The position numbers and the translations under genes are program-made. 32,000 bases of DNA from Edaphobacter aggregans (GTDB lineage: Bacteria > Acidobacteriota > Terriglobia > Terriglobales > Acidobacteriaceae): NCBI RefSeq assembly GCF_003945235.1, contig NZ_RSDW01000001.1:2550001-2582000 (forward strand). Reading direction: 5' to 3'. The notes under the pieces were generated by a model. That model had not been told where the DNA came from. It did not search any database and was given only the letters and a program-made list of their open reading frames with translations. Shown here piece by piece: positions 16,814-24,131 of this stretch. The number at the start of each line of letters is the position of its first letter. Within the stretch, counting starts at the first letter, position 1.

Positions 16814-18361
16814 ATGAAAATGCGCTCTTGGTTACTTGGGAGTGTTTGGCGCGTCGCCTCGTCGGTAATTTTGCTGACTGTGATCGGTTGCAATTGGGCC
16901 GAGATAGGCTACTCAGTGCCTGAGGGGCCGCTGCCTCCGAATACAATCCTGTTCTCACAGATGATGCGGGAGCTGTCGGCGACGCCGGGATTCACGGATG
17001 CGATGCTCGCGCATCTGAACGAAGCCCAAAAAAATGGGCCCGCGCTAATGACCCCGAGATTAGTTAGCCGGCTAAAAAGAATGATGATCGGCCGGGACTG
17101 GCAGGGGATGAATCGATTCCCTGGGTGGACCATGCGTGCACTGAATCCGACGGCAAATATTGCCAACAGGTTGGTGAACGGTCGGAGTAACGGCCCCGAC
17201 GGGGCTGTAGAAGAACCGGCGGGCGACAAAAAATCTTTAGAAGAGGCCAAAAAGTGGGTCGATGTAGAGACGTACCCATTGGACAAAGAAGTAACGATAA
17301 GTCTCGATGAGCCTTCCACGCTGCCGCCTTTCTCGACCGAAGATGTAATGACCAACGTGGGGGCCGGAGTGACCGTGAGGGATGGCGCGGACCCGGTTCG
17401 CGCACCGATGCATCCTGAAAGCCAGCGACTGGTGAATGTGCTGAATCGGGTGAGTCTGAATGGAGTGGAAGGCTCAGCTGTTGCAACGGCGACTATTGGA
17501 GGAAAGAACGCGACGACGCCGGAGGCGTTGATACAGGCGCTGATGGATACAGGACACACCGTGGTTGTGCATGACGGGCGGTACTTCGCCAACTTCGGAC
17601 ACTTCCATTTCCACGGGCAGGAAGTGATCATGCCATTCTGGCTGAACATGCAGATGCTTGTGCCGGGAACGGTGAGGCCGCTGCTTGTTCCAGCAAGCCA
17701 TGCTGAGTATGAATGGCAGGTTCGCGGTCCGAAGATCAATGCAGATGTGAGTTGGTTTTTCGGGGTCGACGGGAAGGCTGAGTTTCGAACGATGGACTCC
17801 CTGAGCCAGGCCTGGGTGTTGGGCCGGAATGCTCATGAGTATCGCGGGGCGGATGCTGTGGAGGTAACACGGCTGATTGGACGGATGTCGGTTGCCTATG
17901 CGCACCAGCATATTCGGCGACCGGAGTTGCCGTTCGGCGGATACTATCCGCTCGGCGTGTGCCAGGATGCGGTGGCGGCGATCGAGAAGAAGATGACTGG
18001 TAAGGTGACGCTGTTCCCGATTACGGCGGATATGTCGCTGTTTGATGACCCTCGCGATGAGGAAGTGAATGCGCTGATGCGCGCCACGCCCAACGACAGG
18101 GAGGGAGGCATGCCCGAACCGGAGCGAGTCTTTGGATCGTTGCCGACGACAGACTTTAACGCAGTTACGATTCCCGGATTGGCAGCGGATCTGGTAGCAA
18201 CGCACAACGCCTGGGAGAACGGATCGCTGATACGAACTCCAAATTGGGTTGGAAAGCTGGCGGCGCAGTTGATCAGCGGCACTGTGCTGACAATGCTGGT
18301 GGTAATCATTGCACTGGTAGTACGCAAGCGGAGGAAGAAGAGACAGGTGACAGCATCGTAA
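16814..18361 (+). CDS. Large lipoprotein-like protein of unknown function with a C-terminal transmembrane anchor
   Basis: The ORF is open from TTG 16796; ATG candidates are 16814 and 16820. The N-terminus is MKMRSWLLGSVWRVASSVILLTVIGC (lipobox-like VIGC). The C-terminus is LISGTVLTMLVVIIALVVRKRRKKRQ. I recognise no family. Confidence 0.65.
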   Translation: MKMRSWLLGSVWRVASSVILLTVIGCNWAEIGYSVPEGPLPPNTILFSQMMRELSATPGFTDAMLAHLNEAQKNGPALMTPRLVSRLKRMMIGRDWQGMNRFPGWTMRALNPTANIANRLVNGRSNGPDGAVEEPAGDKKSLEEAKKWVDVETYPLDKEVTISLDEPSTLPPFSTEDVMTNVGAGVTVRDGADPVRAPMHPESQRLVNVLNRVSLNGVEGSAVATATIGGKNATTPEALIQALMDTGHTVVVHDGRYFANFGHFHFHGQEVIMPFWLNMQMLVPGTVRPLLVPASHAEYEWQVRGPKINADVSWFFGVDGKAEFRTMDSLSQAWVLGRNAHEYRGADAVEVTRLIGRMSVAYAHQHIRRPELPFGGYYPLGVCQDAVAAIEKKMTGKVTLFPITADMSLFDDPRDEEVNALMRATPNDREGGMPEPERVFGSLPTTDFNAVTIPGLAADLVATHNAWENGSLIRTPNWVGKLAAQLISGTVLTMLVVIIALVVRKRRKKRQVTAS

Positions 18362-18420
18362 CGGTGGCGATGCAACTCGGTGTCTTCGTGCTGCCCTCTT
18401 AGAGAAGAGGGAGAATAGCT

Positions 18421-18696
18421 ATGGCCACGAAGAAGGCAACGAAGAAGAAGTCCGTGAAGAAGACCGCGGCGAAAAAGGCGCCTGCCAAGAAGACTACTGC
18501 GAAGAAGGCGAGTTCGACGCGCAAGTACGGCACGTCGGTAGGCAAGGACGTCGAGCGCGAGATGAAGGCGATGAAGCAGGGCAAGCTGACGAGCGGGCGT
18601 AGCGGAAAGAAAGTGACAAGCCGCAAACAAGCGATTGCGATCGCATTATCCGAAGCGCGTAAAGAAGGAAAGAAGGTTCCTCCGCCACCAGAATAA
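18421..18696 (+). CDS. Small basic protein with a histone H1-like Lys/Ala repeat N-terminus fused to a DUF6496-like C-terminus
   Basis: 91 aa, beginning MATKKATKKKSVKKTAAKKAPAKKTTAKKA. The following ...GKLTSGRSGKKVTSRKQAIAIALSEARKEGKKVP is the conserved SRKQAIAIxLSEAR signature of that small-protein family, recalled from memory. GGGAGAA lies upstream. Confidence 0.65.
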   Translation: MATKKATKKKSVKKTAAKKAPAKKTTAKKASSTRKYGTSVGKDVEREMKAMKQGKLTSGRSGKKVTSRKQAIAIALSEARKEGKKVPPPPE

Positions 18697-18725
18697 TTGC
18701 GAAGACTTCAGCGGCAGGGTAAGGG

Positions 18726-19055
18726 CTATTTCTTGTCGGAGCTGGCGGCCGGAGCTGGGGTTGATGTTGTTGTAGACGCGGCTGGAGCGGAGCTAGCCGA
18801 AGAGCTTTCGGAGCTGGAGGACGATTTGCCCGAGTCCGATGAGGAGCTTTTGCTCTCGCTGGAGGATTTTGGCTTGGCGTTGCCGTAGCCGTCGGCATAC
18901 CAGCCTCCGCCTTTGAAGCTGACGGCGGGCGCAGAGAGGACGCGCTCGAGATGGCCGCTGCAGTGGGGGCAGATGGTGATCTCGGGGTCAGAGAATTTCT
19001 GGATCTTTTCCGTGCGCTCGTGGCACTCGGTGCATTCGTATTCGTAAAGCGGCAT
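18726..19055 (-). CDS. FmdB-family zinc-ribbon protein with a Ser-rich tail
   Basis: The MPLYEYECTEC...ICPHCSG...RVLSAP motif (two CxxC pairs) is followed by a low-complexity Ser/Ala/Thr tail. Confidence 0.85.
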   Translation of the reverse strand: MPLYEYECTECHERTEKIQKFSDPEITICPHCSGHLERVLSAPAVSFKGGGWYADGYGNAKPKSSSESKSSSSDSGKSSSSSESSSASSAPAASTTTSTPAPAASSDKK

Positions 19056-19145
19056 TTTGCGGTGTTTCCTTGCTTATAGCTTATCGAAGTTGGCGGATTT
19101 TCTGTAAGGCGGAGGACTCTGAGTGCGGGCTCAGAGCCCTCGTTG

Positions 19146-20774
19146 CTAGAGTTTGCCGAGTTCGATGAGGCGGACACTGGCGATGGCTTCGACTTTGCGA
19201 AGGGCTTCGACAGCGGCGGTGGCTGGGGCGGCGTTGGGAACGTCGATCTGCACGACGGCCAGAGCCTGACCTTGCGGGACTCGCTGCGATCGGGTGGAGC
19301 GGCCGAGGGCGAAGTTGGCGATGTTGACGGCGTGCTCGCCGAGTATGGTGCCAATGCGGCCTACTACACCGGGGACGTCGTGGTTGCGGATGGCGACCAG
19401 AGTTCCGGTCAGTGGCGCCTCGATGTCGATGCCGTCGTAGGTGAGCAGGCGCGGCGAGGTCCCATGAAGAACCGTGGCTGATGCGCTTGTGTCGCCGTCG
19501 GAAGAGTGGAGGACGAGCTTGAGGACAGAGCCTGCACCTCCTGTGGTGAACTCCTTCTTGTCTTCCTGGATGCGGATGCCTCGCTCAGCCGCGATAGCAG
19601 CGGCGTTGATACGGTTTGCGGTGCTCTTCGCCTCGCCGTTGCCTTCGGAGCCGGAGAAGATGCCGGCGATGGCGGCGTTGCGGATGAGATCGGTTTTGCC
19701 GGTAGCGATGCGACCAGTGTAGGTGATTTGAATGTTTTCGAGGTTGCCGGGGGTGGCGTGGGAGAGGAAGTGACCGAGGCGCTCAGCCATCTCAATGTAG
19801 GGAGCGACCTCGAGGTACTCTTCGTGAGAGAGCGACGGCAGATTGACAGCGTTCTGGACTACGCCGAGCTTGAGGTAGTCGCGGACCTGCATGGCTAGCT
19901 GGATGCCGATGGCCTCCTGAGCTTCGTCGGTGGCTCCGGCGATGTGCGGGGAAAGGATGACGTTGTCGAGGTCAAAGAAGGGCGACTCCTTGAGCGGCTC
20001 CTGGTGGAAGACGTCGAGGGCGGCGCCCGCGACCTTGCCGGACTTGAGGGCTTCGGCGAGCGCGGATTCCACGATCAGCTCGCCACGGGCGCAGTTGATG
20101 ATGCGGATGCCCTTCTTCATGATGGCGATGGACGTTGGGTTGATCATGCCCTCGGTCTGGGTCGTGAGGCCGACGTGGAGCGTGAGGTAGTCGGACTGCT
20201 TGAAGATGTCGTCGATGGAGACGAGGGTGACGTCGTTCTCGCGGGCAATGACGGGGGCGATGAAGGGGTCGTAGCCGATGAGCTCCATGCCGAAGCTGCG
20301 GGCGCGGCGGGCGACTTCAAGGCCGATTCGCCCGAGGCCTACGATGCCGAGCGTTTTGCCGCGGAGCTCCTGCCCCTGGAGGGATTTTTTCTCCCACTTG
20401 GCCTGATGCATGGTGGCGTTGGCGCGGGGGATGGCGCGGGCCAGCGAGATCATGAGGCCGAGGGTGAGTTCGGCTACGGCTACGGCGTTGGCGCCGGGGG
20501 TGTTCATGACGACGATGCCGCGGTGAGTGGCGGCGTCGGTGTCGATGTTGTCTACGCCCACTCCGGCGCGGCCAATGACGCGGAGCTTGGGGGCGGACTC
20601 GAGCAGCTTGGCGTCGGCCTGAACGGCGGAGCGGACGACGAGGGCATCGGCATCGGCGAGCTCAGCGGCGAGACCGTTTTTGATCTGGTCAGGCGTGACT
20701 ACGTTCCAGCCAGGTTCTTGCTGGAAGACGGCTAGGGTGGCGGGCGAGACTTTTTCGGCGAGGACGATCTTCAT
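19146..20774 (-). CDS. serA: D-3-phosphoglycerate dehydrogenase (long form with ASB and ACT domains)
   Basis: The ORF track starts at 20825, but MKIVLAEKVS (ATG at 20774) is the conserved start. It has the NAD-binding motif GIVGLGRIG, the catalytic region and a C-terminal ACT-like domain. Confidence 0.93.
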   Translation of the reverse strand: MKIVLAEKVSPATLAVFQQEPGWNVVTPDQIKNGLAAELADADALVVRSAVQADAKLLESAPKLRVIGRAGVGVDNIDTDAATHRGIVVMNTPGANAVAVAELTLGLMISLARAIPRANATMHQAKWEKKSLQGQELRGKTLGIVGLGRIGLEVARRARSFGMELIGYDPFIAPVIARENDVTLVSIDDIFKQSDYLTLHVGLTTQTEGMINPTSIAIMKKGIRIINCARGELIVESALAEALKSGKVAGAALDVFHQEPLKESPFFDLDNVILSPHIAGATDEAQEAIGIQLAMQVRDYLKLGVVQNAVNLPSLSHEEYLEVAPYIEMAERLGHFLSHATPGNLENIQITYTGRIATGKTDLIRNAAIAGIFSGSEGNGEAKSTANRINAAAIAAERGIRIQEDKKEFTTGGAGSVLKLVLHSSDGDTSASATVLHGTSPRLLTYDGIDIEAPLTGTLVAIRNHDVPGVVGRIGTILGEHAVNIANFALGRSTRSQRVPQGQALAVVQIDVPNAAPATAAVEALRKVEAIASVRLIELGKL

Positions 20775-21013
20775 TGGCAGAAACCTTCCAAGAACTGAGT
20801 TTTGCTGGTGGAGGTATACCCCCACCCCTAGCTAAATTGTGCAAAGTCTTCAAAAAAGGAGACTTAGGTTTGGACTTAGGGGCTTATCCGGTGGGATTTC
20901 CGCGCAAAGTCTTCGAACCATGAGAGTTGTCCGAGCAGGGAGTAGCACTCTTAAATGGCTCCAGATCATTGTAGCGAATGGGGCGAGTTTGCTCAGGATG
21001 GGGTCCGATGTTG

Positions 21014-21047
21014 GCAAAACAAAAATCCCCAGCCTTAGCTGAGGATT
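21014..21047 (-). terminator. Strong hairpin terminator (bidirectional in appearance) after the Hcp-like gene
   Basis: aatccccagc (21024-21033) pairs with gctgaggatt (21038-21047), with one G-U pair. On the minus strand tttttgttttg follows; on the plus strand ctttttgg follows. Confidence 0.8.
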
Positions 21048-21067
21048 CTTTTTGGATTTGTGGCGAG

Positions 21068-21586
21068 TTAGTCGGACACGTTTGTTACGCGGTTCCAGCC
21101 GCCTTCAGTGCCGCCGTCGTCGCTGCCGTTGGCGGTTTTGACCTCGACAGCGCCAAAGTTCAGCTTCACGTCCAGGTAGGAGGCAGGCTTGTCTCCTGCG
21201 GTGCGCGGGCTGCGAGCGATGGCATCGAGTGAGGCGATAGAGACGAGTGAGAATTTGTACTCGACTGTGTCGCCGTTTGTTTTAGTGGTGAGGATGCAGG
21301 AGGTGAATGTGCCACCGTTCGACGCGGCCTGAAAGAACTGTGAGAAATTGATGACCGCGGTATGGATTTCGAGCGGGTTGAAGGTGACCTTCCCGGCACC
21401 GGCGCCAGAGCTTTGCGAGCCGATGTTCAATCCATTCGAAAGACCGAGATCATAGAAGCTGAGGTTGGCGGTGACCGTGGAGGTGTTCGAGGTACAGGAG
21501 AGCTGTCCGACAGCGGCGTGCGCGACGGATGCTCCACAGAGGACGAGTGATGCGAGGCCCAGAAGCGTACTGCGGTTAAATTTCAT
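21068..21586 (-). CDS. Hcp-like (T6SS tube protein fold) protein carrying a Sec signal peptide
   Basis: 172 aa with the signal MKFNRSTLLGLASLVLCGASVAHA. The mature part aligns by eye with Pseudomonas Hcp1, recalled from memory: GAGAGKV..L......S....A.NGG, VEY, V.LNFGAVEV, DGG..GGWN...N. GGAGAT lies upstream. Confidence 0.55.
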   Translation of the reverse strand: MKFNRSTLLGLASLVLCGASVAHAAVGQLSCTSNTSTVTANLSFYDLGLSNGLNIGSQSSGAGAGKVTFNPLEIHTAVINFSQFFQAASNGGTFTSCILTTKTNGDTVEYKFSLVSIASLDAIARSPRTAGDKPASYLDVKLNFGAVEVKTANGSDDGGTEGGWNRVTNVSD

Positions 21587-21695
21587 TCGGATCTCCGACG
21601 AGATTTGAGTGGAACCTTAGAACTTTAGCAGGCAGCAGGAGAGCTGTGATGCGACTTTTGTGGGATTTACTTCACAATGATTTGGGAGCACCCAA

Positions 21696-22463
21696 CTATT
21701 TCGATATCGGCGGGATTTTGATCTCGAAGATCGTGGGCCATTGTTTGCCGGTGACGAAAAGACGGTGGCGCTGGGCATCATACGCAATGCCGTTGAGGAC
21801 AGACTCAGCGTCGATCTTTTGGTCATCGGGCAGAAGGCCGGTGCAGTCGATCCAGTCGATGACGTGGCCGTCGCGGGGATCGATGCGGGCGATGCGGTCG
21901 GAGTGCCAGATGTTGGCGTAGATGACGCCGTCGATGTATTCGAGCTCGTTGAGCTGATCGATGAGCGTGGGCCCATCATGGACGCTGATGCTTCGTGTCT
22001 CGGCAAAGTTGGAGGGGTTGCGAAATCGAAGAGTAGAGGTGCCGTCGCTGGTGATGAGCTCGGTTGCGGTGCGGGTGATGCCCCATCCCTCGCCGTCGTA
22101 GTGGAAGGTGGCGAGGGTGCGGAAAGTGGCGCGGTCGAAGACGAAGCCGATGTGGGTCTGCCAGGTCCATTCGATGAGGTTGGGGCCGAAGTCTATGATG
22201 CCTTCGCCGAAGTATTGCGGCGGGATTTCATGGCGCTGGAGAACCTTCCCAGTGAGGGGATCGCTAACCACAATGGCAGAGTGGCCCTCGCGTCCGGTGC
22301 CCTCGTAGAAGCGGCCATCCCGATAGAAGAAGCCCTCGGTGTAGTTCTCGGTGGAGTGAGGGAGCTTCGTCAGGACGGTGCAGGGCTGAATTGGCGCGGA
22401 GTATGCGGCAATGGTCGTGAGGAGAATCACGAAGATAGCAAAAAGAAGTTTGGGATGAGGCAT
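21696..22463 (-). CDS. Glutaminyl-peptide cyclotransferase (beta-propeller, plant/bacterial type), exported
   Basis: 255 aa with an N-terminal signal. YTEGFFYRDGRFYEGTG, YFGEGI, EGWGIT, LNELEYIDGVIYANIW and VLNGIAYD match the glutamine cyclotransferase family. Confidence 0.88.
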   Translation of the reverse strand: MPHPKLLFAIFVILLTTIAAYSAPIQPCTVLTKLPHSTENYTEGFFYRDGRFYEGTGREGHSAIVVSDPLTGKVLQRHEIPPQYFGEGIIDFGPNLIEWTWQTHIGFVFDRATFRTLATFHYDGEGWGITRTATELITSDGTSTLRFRNPSNFAETRSISVHDGPTLIDQLNELEYIDGVIYANIWHSDRIARIDPRDGHVIDWIDCTGLLPDDQKIDAESVLNGIAYDAQRHRLFVTGKQWPTIFEIKIPPISK

Positions 22464-22481
22464 CGGACTTTAGCTTCTGGC

Positions 22482-23642
22482 TCAGACAAAGAAATGCGGC
22501 ACGAACGAACTCAGGTTGTCGGTGATGGGGCCGGCAGATTCGCGGATACCCATGCCGCAGCAGTCCTGATCGATCATCCAGAGGCCGAGGACCGGGTGAC
22601 GGTTCTCGAATATGACTTCGGGAGCCAGGGCCTGGATAATCTGGTGGCCTCGGTAGGGTCCGTCGGTCGCGGCGATGGTGGCGTTGTTCCGGACCATGGT
22701 GATGTTGGCACCCTCGCGGGAGTAGAGGGGCTTGCGGACATAGTCGCGCAGCGTAGTCGGGGTCGTGTCGAAATGAGCTTCGAGGAGTAACTCGTGGTTG
22801 GGGTAGAGCTGCCAGAGGATGGGGAGGATGCCTTTGTTGGAGAGGAGCAGCTTCCAGATGGGCTCAATCCAGCGGGTGGATTGGTAGGTGTCGATGGCGT
22901 GGGGGGCAAACTCTTCCTGGAGCATGGCCTCCCAGGGGTAGAGCTTGAAGATGGAGAACATGTGGTCTTCGTTGGGGTCGAGGAAGGCTTGCTGCTCGTC
23001 GTTCCAGCCGATCTCTTCCATGAACATCTGGAGGGTTTTGAGGCCGGCCTGCTGGGCGGTGTCGCGGAGGTAAACGAGGGTGAGCTGGTCTTCGGGGTTG
23101 TCGAGGCCGGCGAAGTAGATGGGCTTAGAGAGGTAGGGGTCGATGTCGCGCCACTTGGCGATGAGTTTTTCGTGGATGGAGTTGAACTGGTCTGGCTTGG
23201 AGGCGAGCGAGGTGCCGAGTTCTTCGAGCCAACTCCACTGGATGACGGCGGCTTCGAGGAGTGAGGTGGGAGTGTCGGCGTTGTACTCGAGGAGCTTGGG
23301 GGCGTGGCCGCTGTGGGCGCCGGCCCAGCTTAGGTCGAAGCGGCCGTAGAGGGCAGGGGGCTCGTTGTTCCAGGCCCACTCGATGGCGGGGATGGCGATC
23401 TCGGGGATGTCGAGTTCGGCGTAGCGTTTTTCGTCGATGATGTGTTGGGCGGCGGCGAGACACATCTCCTGGAGGGTGTTGCCGGCGGCTTCGAGGGTGT
23501 CGATCTCGGCGGCGGTGAACTGGTAGGCGGCGGACTCGTCCCAGTAGGGTCGGTCCATGCCTTCGGGCGAGTGGAAGGTCAGGCCGGCGGTTTCTACTTT
23601 TTGCTGCCAGTTTTCGCGAGGGGTTAGGTGGATGCGCTGCAT
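22482..23642 (-). CDS. Glutathionylspermidine synthase-like ATP-grasp protein (YgiC/YjfC family)
   Basis: The true start is the ATG at 23642 (MQRIHLTPRENWQQKVE...), giving 386 aa. PYWDESAAYQFT, LYGRFDL, KLLEYNADTPTSLLEA, YPWE and SREGANI are family motifs. The upstream 203 codons of the 589-aa track ORF are Arg-rich read-through. Confidence 0.88.
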   Translation of the reverse strand: MQRIHLTPRENWQQKVETAGLTFHSPEGMDRPYWDESAAYQFTAAEIDTLEAAGNTLQEMCLAAAQHIIDEKRYAELDIPEIAIPAIEWAWNNEPPALYGRFDLSWAGAHSGHAPKLLEYNADTPTSLLEAAVIQWSWLEELGTSLASKPDQFNSIHEKLIAKWRDIDPYLSKPIYFAGLDNPEDQLTLVYLRDTAQQAGLKTLQMFMEEIGWNDEQQAFLDPNEDHMFSIFKLYPWEAMLQEEFAPHAIDTYQSTRWIEPIWKLLLSNKGILPILWQLYPNHELLLEAHFDTTPTTLRDYVRKPLYSREGANITMVRNNATIAATDGPYRGHQIIQALAPEVIFENRHPVLGLWMIDQDCCGMGIRESAGPITDNLSSFVPHFFV

Positions 23643-24037
23643 TATTCTCCTGCTCCGCTGCCGTGTCCGCCGCCTTCGCCTTCGCCACTGTGGAAGGAGC
23701 TGCCGAAACCTCCGCGGGTGGTGACGCCGGAGCGAGTGGCGTACGTGGTGGATGGGTCTGGAGTGTTGCTGCCGCCGCCGACTACGCTGCCTAGCCCGTA
23801 GCCTCCCCAGCCGCCGTAGTAGTAGTGGTAGAGGCGGATGAAGGGAAGGATGCCTCCGCCAGCTCTCGGTTGTTGCTGCTGGTTGGGCTGCTGGGGTTGG
23901 TTGGCGCAGAAGCTGTCGTCGACGACTTTGTTGTTTTCGTCGACGCAGCGCTGCATCTGGGGCTTTTGACAGCCGGTGGTGATGGCGAGGGCTGCCGCGG
24001 CAAGGAGTGGGGCGGCTACTTGGGTCGAGCGTTTCAT
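23642..24037 (-). CDS. DUF1190-like lipoprotein (YgiB/YjfM-like)
   Basis: 131 aa with the lipobox LAITTGC. It has a Gln-rich linker and a Gly-rich C-terminus with TTRGGFGSS, resembling the TRGGFG motif of E. coli YgiB (from memory). Its TAA stop overlaps the ATG of the ATG-grasp gene downstream as TAATG. Confidence 0.55.
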   Translation of the reverse strand: MKRSTQVAAPLLAAAALAITTGCQKPQMQRCVDENNKVVDDSFCANQPQQPNQQQQPRAGGGILPFIRLYHYYYGGWGGYGLGSVVGGGSNTPDPSTTYATRSGVTTRGGFGSSFHSGEGEGGGHGSGAGE

Positions 24038-24131
24038 GGACAGTGTGCTCCAGCGTAACAGAGCGTCGGCTCAGAGGATCTGCGAGAAATGGCAGCCGAT
24101 AGCCGGCCCAGAATCGGCCCACGGCTAACGT

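Noticed and set aside
18494-19354. 286-aa minus-strand ORF spanning the H1-like gene, FmdB and the serA 3' end
   Set aside because: It crosses three independently supported genes and an intergenic region in a Pro/Ser/Ala-rich frame, so it is a spurious high-GC ORF.
19944-20735. 263-aa plus-strand ORF
   Set aside because: It is antisense to serA with a Gly/Asp/Glu/Val-rich shadow-frame composition.
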